Below are positions 34,590 to 44,084 of a stretch of 44,084 nucleotides of DNA, piece after piece. The notes under the pieces are model-generated. The model was not told where the DNA came from. It was given only the letters and a program-made list of their open reading frames with translations, and did not search any database. The first letter of the stretch is position 1. Each line of letters begins with the position of its first letter. Origin of the DNA: Reclinomonas americana ATCC 50394. Its lineage: Eukaryota. The stretch is from assembly GCA_048213135.1 (NCBI GenBank), contig PS015082.1:224466-268549 (forward strand). The letters are read 5' to 3'. Position numbers and translations under genes: made by a program.

Positions 34590-37500
34590 GATATTGCTGC
34601 CAACAATGGACTCGTGGTTGTAGCCAAGCAAGCGCGTCACTATGCGGTTCGCAAACTCAATGGTCCCCTGTAACACGTATACAGTTGAGTAGCTGACGGG
34701 CACGCGGAGAAAAAGATACATGTGCCATACCTTGTCGTTTGTGGCGACCAAAGCGCGCGCTGTGTCATCACACAGCCAATCGCGACCGAATAATAATCAG
34801 TCACGTGTAGCAGAATAAGTATGGCGTAGCATGGACGCAACACGACGTGAGAGAGCGGAACTTGTGCTCGGCCTCGTTCATCGATTGATTAATGTCCATG
34901 GATTGCAGGATGGTATCTGTGTGGATCACCATCGAGGAGACTAAGTCATTCGGTGGCAGGCAAGGAACATGCTCAAGCGGACGCAACGAGGAAGCATGTG
35001 CAGCTGCAATTCAGGCACGGCGTTGACAGCGGACATTGGCAAGAACAACAGGGAACGCTTGAAAAAGCGCAGCTGCTGGTCGGCCTCTTGCAGCGATGGA
35101 ACCAATAGTGTCAGGGAGCCGACAATGGCAACCAACAGGCCGCCAACAAGCATCGCTTGCGAGAAGAACGCATAGCGTCGAATAAAGTTTTCAAGTCCAG
35201 TCTGCAGCACCTGTAATAATAGTTAAGCATTGCTGCACAACTTGGTTACCGATGTCGTCGCCACGTACCAGGTTGCTGCGGTCGAAGTAGTCGGCAGCAG
35301 TAACGCGGGCCGCAAGAAGGAAGCTGATCAGATCAACATCGCTGGCTGCGGCTGGCACCTGAGGGTCTTCTGCACCAAGAATGGCCGTGGCGCTAAACAT
35401 CTTCGCCAACTACAAGTAGCAGCATTGCAGTTGGTGACGATGCTGACGACACAGTGGCGCACAAGCAGAGTGTACGAACCAGTGAGCTAATGTCGAGGCA
35501 TCTCACGTCACGACGCCAGCCGCTCTCCATTGCTGTTTCCTCGGCCGCCGTGCAGCGCGCGCTAAACAGGAGTCGGTGCTGTTCCGCATCGGCCTTCGCG
35601 TCCCAGCCATTCTCTACCACGAGTTCGCTGGCAGCAACATTTTTGCTCATGCACTGACGCACAAAGAGTCATGGGGCGAATTCGAAGCAGTCGACATCAC
35701 AGTAGCGAGGGAGCTTACCGAATCGCGGAACCTGATCAACGATTCCTGCGTTTGCGAGCGTGGCTTCATGCCTGCCGGATGTACGTATCGCACAGCATAC
35801 ATGATGAGCATGGGCATGTCGGAGCTGCGGTCTTGAATCATGTCGATAACTGCCACAGCGTTGCCGGTCTCCTTTCCAATGGTGGCGGCACTATACCTGC
35901 GCGTGCAATGGTTCAGTTCAGGGTGTATTAAAAGAGAAAAGGAGAGAGATGCTTGCTACGCAACGAAATGCAGCACATGACAATGAGTGTGAAGCACATG
36001 ACAACCATGGCGCGGAAGAACAGGTTGCGTGCGAACTGGAAATCAACGCGCATGCATTGTGTCGCCAGATATCCAGGCTTCATGGTGGTTGACGGATGCA
36101 CACCCTGTTCGACATTTCTGTCAACAAACGTGCTCGCTGTTCACCACACTAAGGATGCATGGTACGCAACATCTCGGGCCGCCTCCGAAGACGCAAGGTA
36201 GGTCAGGTAGAGGTCGCGAATCTTGATGCGCACGGCGCGAGCCGACTCTGCTGGGATGAGTGCGAACGCACTCAGGCCGTTGTTCAAGTTGTATCGAACG
36301 TTCAGGTACGCCGGGTAGAATGTGGCCAACAGCAGCACCACCGACACTCTGCAGTAGGTGAAGGGAGGTTGAGCAATTCCGGCGACAGTGGTGAAGAAGA
36401 CGAGAAAACCAGGGCGCACCCAGCCACGGCAACCAATTCTAGCCAAGCCTGCTTCGAGTACGTGGTAGCACTATCGCGCAGCAGAGCGCCGTATTGCCGC
36501 GCAATTGTGGTCATCTGGTCCATGACTGCAACGGAGTTTGTCATCACCGAGATGAAGGCTGGCGAATTTAATACCACCGAGCCGAGCAATCGAGTCGACT
36601 TGCCGGCAAGTGTCTGCACGATTGGCAACAGCGTGCGTGCACGAGGGGGTGAGCGGGGACAGGTGGCGTGAGACAGGAATCGCATGCGCAACTGCTGCAT
36701 TGTCAACAGTCGCAACGAGCATGTCGACAGCGCTGCTGCTTTCAGTCTGCATAGAGGTGCCAACATTGCTAAACTGGAGGTAGGTGGACTCCACTCGCGC
36801 GGCTGTGGAATCGAGGAATTGCCTGAGAGGTAGGGGTGTACCAAGTCAGCGACGCGGCGCTTTCAGATGCAAGAATGTTGCGCGATTGTGAGCACTTACT
36901 GAAGCGCCAGTTGCCGGATAGCATCCGTTACGAAGGTGGTGTTGGCACGTAACTCGCTGCGCAGGTCGTCAATGATGGCACCTTTTGTCGAGGCGTCCCC
37001 GTTCTTCGACGTCTCGTGCATCATGGTGACCGAAAGACCGGCCAGTGAAATGTTGATACTGACGTGGTACACCGATATTAGTTTGCTGCATACACGGCAA
37101 CAGACAACGGTGGACGAAACGAGGCGTCGGCAAGGGTAGTGAAAAAGTCACGGCCGTCTTGGAACTCCGCCGCCTTTGCCGTAGAGCGGGCGAACACGAG
37201 GACCATCGCTATAACACATGTGACGATCAGCAAGCCTAGCACCCACAGGGCTCGCACTGTGGTTGGATTCTGCGTACGAATCGCGTGAGGCCAACCACTC
37301 ACAACTTACGGTGTGGCATTGCGTCGAAACCCGCTCACCTTCTCCGCAAGGATGGTGCGACGCATGGCGTCGGAGCAGCTGCTGATTCCAGTGGCGCTCG
37401 ATCGGCTGGAGCTACTGCCTGACTGCCGTGAGCTGAGCCCGCAAACAACAGCAGGAGTAAGCATCATAGTCGTGCCTGGATAGTACCACTGCTGCGGAGA

Positions 37501-40500
37501 CGTACCTGGCGCCAGAGTGTACCGACCCCGCGTCACTCTGCGAGTCGACCTGTCTCTCACCAAAGTTAACAGCTGTGCACAACAACCAAGAAACGCGAGT
37601 CAGTGCCAAATGCCGCGTCTCACCAGCACCGTCGCTACAAACGCAACAGCTTTGCTTCATTGAGCCGCCCGCAATCTGCATGCCACGTAGGAGCTCGTGA
37701 GGAAATCAAGTGAAGAACTTCGCAGTCATCGCAATACGACTGCCCCACCTGACTGTTCCGCGCATCTGCCCGAACTGCCAGTACGCCCGAGGCTGTGTGT
37801 GGCAGTCTGGTGTTCCCGTCGAATTCAGTCGCCTGGGTCCACACTGCCTTGGGTGCGGCAGCTACAGTCGACCCGAGACGCTCCGAAACTGGAATCTCCT
37901 CCAATGAGTCACCGCTGTCGACGGTCGATATGGACGACGCTGCAGTCAGACGAGACCCCACCAACTTTCAGGTGCACTACACAAGCAAAGCACGGCGCCG
38001 TACATACACGCAACATTCCCCCATGTAGCTCCCTGCCTCGACCACAGCAACATCGTCAGCCTCTGGCACCCTATCGCTGTCCTCGTTTGCAGTGGGTGTC
38101 TGCCAGTCCGAGGTGGCGTACGCCAGCTTGCGCAGTTTCTTGATGCGCAGGCAGTCAGTACTGATGGGGTCTTGACGACAATCATGCGTCACCGCAAAGC
38201 AAACCTCGACAGCCTCCTTGACGGCGAACTCGCGCTCCATCACGTTGCCCACGGTATGCATCTTGTTGCCTTCGGCATCGCTCAGCGCGGCCGCCAGCTC
38301 GTCCAGTCTATGGCCAGCCGCCGTGTCGTTCTTGATGTCCGTGACGAACTGTTGTGTTGCACACACGCAAACGCGTGAGTGAACAGTCGTCATCAAAACT
38401 CTTTCTCTCTCGCTCACGCACCTGCGCATACGCCGAGACGACTTCTGACTGCTCTGGGAAATCTCGTAGCATGCTCCTGAACAGTGCCTCACACGTGGCC
38501 TCTTGTTCTTTCATGGACAGCAGCAACGAAAGGGTCTTGTCGGCTGCGAAGCAAGTAGGTAACAGTGAGAAAGGCCGCTTAATCGTCGTGCAGGATACAT
38601 GCAGAGATCCACTTGCCTCGGTGCATCGGCTCCTCCAGTTGCCGCCACAGTGCAATCAACAAGACGTAACAGCGACACCATTCCTGGTGCACTGCGGCCA
38701 GCCGAGCACGGAAGGTATTGTCCTTGAAGTTGCAGTCTTGTGCCATTCCCTCGGACATGGTCGTGGCGACGCGTTGCAAGTCCAATGGCAGTGACCTGCT
38801 GGCAGCGGTGCGAGCACTGACCTCGGCCAGCAGCTGCTTGCCATCGCTGCTGTTCACGCCAAAGTCCAACAAGTACACCGCGTACATCAGTTGCACAACA
38901 TCGCTGCTGGCGTCGCCGTCGCCAAAGCGCATCATGCCTACGTGAATGAGATGGGTCACGGTGAGCCACGAGTACGGCGAGAGAGAGAGAGAGAAAGGCA
39001 AAACGCACCGAGTTCGAAGAGGTCCACTGCGCGGCCCCAGGCATCGGCTGCTGTGCTGGGCGGCAAGCGCGCGGCCAGCTCCACCGACCACTGGTTCGGG
39101 AACAGCGCGGCAAGATGGTTGTCCAGCGAACCACTGTCCGACAATTCACTGCCTCCCTGTGCTTGTCCTCGCTGTGCAATGCCGTGGGTGAGAAGGTGCA
39201 GCAAAAATGAGAAGCAGGACCAGGTGCCCCCACTCACCAGGTAGCGCACAGTGGGACTCGACAGTCCCATGAGACTGGCTGCACGCAGGTTGCTGCTGCT
39301 GCTGCCGTTGCTACTGGCCGAGCTCAAGGCCATGGCGGCATACCGATCGATTCGAGCACAGATCGTACGACGACGGAGGTTCATGGTGATGATGCCGAGC
39401 AGGAGGCCGAGCGCCAGAGAGCCAGCACACATGGCGATGGTGATCAACCACAACAGTGTCGACGGCAAGGCCACCAGCGCCGAGTAAGCGCAGCCAATAG
39501 CCGCCAAACCAGTGGCGGCGCACAGACCAGTGGCCAGAGTCGACGAGAAGCGCATGTACAGGGGGACGTAGCGCACTATGCCGATGAACAAGAGGGCGGC
39601 GCAAAGCAGTGCCACACCCACGTGTGCCAGCGGTATGGCGTGCGCCACGAATGTGTGTGTCAGCGCCAGCAGGTAGCGCACGACCACCAGTGCCGCAAAG
39701 TAACGGCCACTGAGGAAGCCGGCCGACCACAGACCAGAGGTGGGGCGGAATTCCACGGCACTGTGCACGAGATGACGATGGTGAGGAGATGAAGGAGTAA
39801 CTTCTGGGTGCTGCAGTTAATGTGTGTGGAACGCAACACAAGGGAGGTAATCACGCCGAGAATGCAGAGCACCGTGGCCAGAATGAGGCCCGCAGCACCG
39901 GCAAAGGCGTTTGTCGGGTTATCGCACGCTTCATTCGTCACAGGAGATGAGTGCCACGGCAAGGTGATGAGATGAGAATAACAATGGTACACAACTCCAC
40001 ACATCGATCTCGTCGGTCGCACTCAAGTGCTGCAGCGACGAAAAGTCGCAATGCAGCGGCCGCATGAGCAGCAGCGTGAGGGACGAGAAAAATGGCCCTA
40101 CCACCAGACTCAGCTGCGCACACGAGTGATGATGAGAACACCGCATGCCTGCTCGACCCGCACACACGGCGCCCACGCAACTTGCACGCGGAACAGCAGT
40201 GCCAACGTACTCGGAGCGGTCCCGGCTCCGGCGTCGACCTTGGAGCGCAGCGCCTCCACTCCCTGCTCACGGCATCGCCACCACAGCTGTCCGAGGAACA
40301 GCACCACAAAGGCGAAGGCAAAGAGCCAGCCCGTGAGTAGGCGCACAACGGACAGTGACTGCGTGCATGGTCACGATGACGGCGTCAACAGGTGAAACGA
40401 CGGAAGAGAGAAGGACTGCGGATGCAACGTGGGACACGTACGAACCGAGGGCATCAACTGAGCCGCCACGAACACGCCCTCGCCACCAAGCGGATGGGCT

Positions 40501-40720
40501 AAAACAGCAGGCGAGAACACCAATGCGAACACAGACAAGTGGATCCACGCCATGGCGACTGCATCGATGGCAGGCACCTGCGGGAGGGAGAAGCTGACCG
40601 ATCAGGACAAGACGGGCAAAAGCGCAACGTTGCGCATCGCGAGCGGGAGAAGAGCGACGAAACTCGGCTCCACAGCTGACTGCAGTGCAATGCACGCTGA
40701 ACTTGGTGGAATACGGTCAT
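31685..40720 (-). CDS. TmcB/TmcC-like multipass membrane protein with TPR-like region, three PAS domains and a class III nucleotide cyclase-like domain
   Basis: N-terminal TM cluster at 39.2-40.6 kb; helical block EALFRSMLRDFPEQSEVVSAYAQFVTDIKND; further TMs; PAS motifs GTIEFAN..LLGY..IVGSNI, GVIHQVNSFAVELFGYSKASEMVGHNIKMLMP and GTVVWCNTAVPRLLGYS; cyclase motifs KTIG, RVGINTGPV, FDLYGDSVNMASRMES and VKGIG. TAA at 31685-31687. Confidence 0.85.
34496..34586. repeat. (CA)n microsatellite within a PAS-region intron
   Basis: About 45 CA units with one TA interruption. Confidence 0.98.
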
Positions 40721-41256
40721 CGCGCAAGACAACAATGTCAAAGTCTGTATCTCTGTCGCGAATGTCTCGTCACACGTGCGTGCTCTTTGCTCTCCACCAC
40801 AGCACACAAAAAAATATATAAACAGCAACGGGATACAGGTCTCGGAATCTCTGATCACCGCAATTGGGAGGGACGGTTGCGATTGCCGTGCTTGCCAAAA
40901 GTTAAGATCACAACTAGCGATTGGCGCCCGCGAGATTAGGAAGATGCGCTGCGTGCCACTGGCCACGAATGGTGAGCGAGACGGCAGTTTGGTGGGAATG
41001 TGAGCAGTGCACGCTCATTTGTGGTGGAAGAGAGATGGAAGAGAGATGGAACAGAGTCTGAGAAGAGAGAGGAAGCGTTCACTCTGTGTTTGCCAAACAA
41101 GGTCATCAATGCATTGTTCGTATGTGCAAGTATGTGGTCATTCAGGAGGCCTGAATGAATGCAGGGAGAGAGAGAGAGAGAGAGAGTGTGTGTGTGTGTG
41201 TGTGTGTGCGTGTGTGTGTGTGTGGAGGAGAGAGGAGGGAAGGAAGAGAGAGAGAG

Positions 41257-41276
41257 NNNNNNNNNNNNNNNNNNNN
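41257..41276. other. Assembly gap (20 N) flanked by GA/GT microsatellites
   Basis: Run of N; (GA)n and (GT)n at 41166-41256. Confidence 1.
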
Positions 41277-41343
41277 AAGATAAACTGCATTGCGATACTA
41301 TGTTACCACAACACACAGAGAGGGAGCTGGATAGTGGTCTTGC

Positions 41344-41405
41344 AAAACAACAAGTTACGACAGAAACTTCATGATCATGAAGTTTCTGTCGTAACTTGTT
41401 GTTTT
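41344..41405. repeat. Perfect 62-bp palindrome with no spacer
   Basis: AAAACAACAAGTTACGACAGAAACTTCATGA|TCATGAAGTTTCTGTCGTAACTTGTTGTTTT, checked base by base (31/31 pairs). Confidence 0.97.
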
Positions 41406-41428
41406 TTTCAGGTTTTTTGTGTGTGTGT

Positions 41429-41582
41429 TCGCTCTCGGAGCTCGAGCTTCGAACAAGTCGAGAACTGCGATCTTCACCGCATAAGCGTGGTTGACCAGTG
41501 GATTTGACGCACTTGCATAGATTCAACCACGCTTATGCGGTGAAGATCGCAGTTCTCGACCTGTTCGGAGCTCCGAGAGCGA
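41429..41582. repeat. Long inverted repeat (38-bp perfect core, 28-nt loop, extended outer arms)
   Basis: 41457-41494 is the exact reverse complement of 41523-41560. Outer pairs are 41450-41455/41562-41567 and 41429-41443/41568-41582. Confidence 0.95.
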
Positions 41583-41605
41583 AACAAGGAACATGCTGCT
41601 GCCAT

Positions 41606-41857
41606 AAGACTGGTGTCTGTGTTGATGTTTTGGATATGGTTGAACTTGGTCATCAAGACAGCTGTTGCTTGTTTGTTGGTGAATGAATTGTTGTTGTTGT
41701 CGGCACATCGAATTCGGGGAACGGCCATAGCCAGCAAACAAGGCAAAGCCGGGTCCGGATCCGTGAAGCAAGAAGCAAAGTACAGGCAGTGGAGGTGTCG
41801 CCCTCAAGACTGGTGTTTGTGTTGATGTTTTAGATATGGTGGGGCACGCCCATCAAG
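41606..41857. repeat. 35-bp direct repeat at exactly 200-bp spacing
   Basis: AAGACTGGTGTYTGTGTTGATGTTTTRGATATGGT at 41606 and 41806 (2 mismatches), each followed 10 nt later by CATCAAG (41651, 41851). Confidence 0.92.
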
Positions 41858-42499
41858 CGCGCGCTGTCGGTTGTTTGTCGATGTGTCGCAACAACAACAA
41901 CAACTTTACTAATCCAAACAGCAACACAGCTGCATGATGATCACCATCTTGAGTGAGCACGAGAAACCTTCTTCGCGAATTCGATTCCACTTGCAGCTGG
42001 AATTTTGCAATTGGCTGCTGATCTGCATGCATGCGCAGCAGCTGCAGTTTGGCGCGCTGTGCAAAGAGTTCCAGCTGCTGCAGCTGTGTGTGTCAAATTC
42101 ACGCAGTTGGCCATGATCATGAACCAATATATTGCAGCCGTTTTGTGACCCGTATCTCCGCATGGTGTATCGTCGGTATCATAAAAACAACAAATTTCAA
42201 CGACATGTACACACATAATAATCCATTTCTTTTTTCACCACCAGCGACCGCAAACGGCGCGCGGCGCGCATGCCACACGTGATGATCTTCAGGGATCGCT
42301 CAAGAGCCGTCGACGTCTTCCGCACACGCCGCTTACAGATGCAGCGTGACTACAGTGTGGATTCAGTCATATTCTGCGTCAGGAGTTAGTGTAGCCCCGC
42401 GGGCACAGATTACGTTGTCTAACTGCAGTGTCGGACAACGCGTTTTTTCTGTTTCCGAGTGTACACCACCTCCCATAGTACAGTACTCCTCGAAGACGC

Positions 42500-43538
42500 A
42501 TGGGCGCCTGTGGAAGCATGAACTCTGTGCGCACACAGATCGGCGTCAGCACCGTCAATCGAATCAAGTTGCCGCCCTCGACGATGGCGCTGCGGCCGGC
42601 CGCAAAGCGGCACATAGCATCGGCGGCCATCACCGCCGTCGCCACTACCACCACCGCCGCCGCACAGGATGTGAGACCAACGGATGACGCCGACCAGTCA
42701 CCAGTGCACCGACGCGTCGAGAGCAGCAGCGGCGGCCACACGCCACGATCGAGATTAGCGTGCGTCAAGGGCGATCTGCAGCTGGAAACGGGCTGCGTTG
42801 GCGGCAGCGGTCTACAGCGCTACTCTTCCGGCACCCGTTTCCGCAAGGAGTTGTGGGCACAAGGCGGAGCCGACGACGAGGAAGACGAGGATGCCGACGT
42901 CGACGCTGGTGATGTCGAAGACTTGGTAAGTGAGGCTTGCCAACACATTCGTGTTGTTGTTACTATTGGCTGGCTGCTCACTCTTCGCGTCTCGGTTTTT
43001 TCATCAGGCTTCGTTCGCTGCACTCGTCACAGTGCGTGGCGCCGTGGGCCACAGCGGTCAGGGCGCGAGGCTCCGCACCAAGGCCGCCCTCGGGTGGTCG
43101 GCCAGTGAGACGCACGCCGAGTCGCTGACGGTGTCGTTCCAGCCGACGGTGACGCGCCTCATCTTTGATCCGCGGACCAGCACCAGCGCCATTATGCAGA
43201 CGTCGACGTGCCCATCACCGACGTCGGAGAGCAGCTTTGCCGAGGCTGTATGTGCTGCAAGTGTGTGCAGCCAGTCGACGGTGGCCAGCAACGGTTGCTG
43301 TATGTGGACCGAGGAGACGCTGCGGGATGGCACACGCGCCCACCGACACAACTCACCACGCAAGGTCATGTCGTCACCTCGTCGCGGTGGCCATGGTGGT
43401 TGTGGCAATGCCACTTCAAAACTGATCACATCGGCCTCCTCCGGATCGACACCTCGCTCAAATTCATCGCGGTCGCCAACCGGCGCCGGCGGCCGTCACG
43501 CTCGGGTGTACCCCAACATCGTGGCCGCTCATGTGTAG
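42500..43538 (+). CDS. Hypothetical protein (weak; possibly a decayed gene)
   Basis: ORF 42500-42925 joins 43008-43538 in frame across a GTAAGT..GCTCAC..CAG intron. Acidic patch; no family recognised. Confidence 0.35.
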
Positions 43539-44039
43539 TTCAGGGTGCAAGGTGTATAGAAATGTAATGAATGTTAAATTAATCGCTTGTTTGGCTGGGC
43601 ACTCGGGTTCCTCGCGATCGATCATGATCACGATATCGATTGCAGACGTCGCGATCGGTGGTGCACGACGACAAATGTCTCACCGACGAGACTGCAAAGC
43701 ATCCCTCTCACATCTCAACAGCCATCTATCTTCCTTCACAACACGTTTGTCGTGCACGTGACAGCGATCACGAAGTACTTGTACCGACTGCAGGACAAGC
43801 ATGATCGCGCGAGTCAACGGCTTGCGGACTCCTTGCCACCAAGCACACATTTAGGCAAGCAACACAGCCACAGGGAGCGTTTCGCCTTTCTAGGTTTGTG
43901 TCAACGTCGTTCGCATGACGACGGCGGACGACACACATTTGCATGTGCAGGACTTCGTCAGTCACCAAGGAGAAATACGATGCCAGTGGGATGCTTGATG
44001 GACGCTGTGTAAGAGCTCTCTCTGTGTTGTGTGTGTTTT

Positions 44040-44043
<4 letters not shown>

Positions 44044-44072
<29 letters not shown>

Positions 44073-44084
44073 CTCTCTCTCTCT
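44044..44084. repeat. (TG)n/(TC)n microsatellite at the window end
   Basis: Directly visible. Confidence 0.95.

Noticed and set aside
41606-41840. 35-bp repeats resembling a CRISPR array
   Set aside because: Only two copies, a 165-bp spacer, eukaryotic context and no cas genes.
43540-44040. ORFs 43531-43761 and 43587-44012
   Set aside because: No recognisable motifs, alternative starts and atypical composition.
1-44084. Alternative genetic code or stop readthrough
   Set aside because: In the gene regions I traced, in-frame stops fall inside plausible introns, and TAA, TAG and TGA all terminate genes.

Overview
Gene-dense, GC-rich, intron-rich eukaryotic DNA from an unidentified protist that probably has flagella, mitochondria and peroxisomes. 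Introns are mostly about 55-95 nt and many intergenic gaps are only 25-100 bp. Splicing by hand gives about 15 genes: a SMYD-like SET protein (partial), a ubiquitin-like protein, a PEX7-like WD40 protein, an AXDND1-like protein, a small coiled-coil ORF, MCU, YBEY, a FERM protein, a GT8 glycosyltransferase, a 59-aa four-exon microprotein, pecanex, RPC25/POLR3H, C9orf72, a TmcB-like PAS/cyclase protein and a weak hypothetical gene. There is also a hairpin-rich non-coding island at 41.3-42.1 kb. The most striking signal is a second, abundant class of 5' splice site, H|GTTNNGY (20 cases placed by frame continuity, never with exonic G at -1), which looks like systematic one-nucleotide-shifted donor recognition. 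Other highlights are a PEX7 homologue that lost its PTS2-binding glutamates and ends in a PTS1 (AKL), a pecanex with an inserted SPRY domain, and a cyclase domain lacking both metal-binding aspartates. All gene models and family calls were made by eye from remembered motifs; no searches were run.
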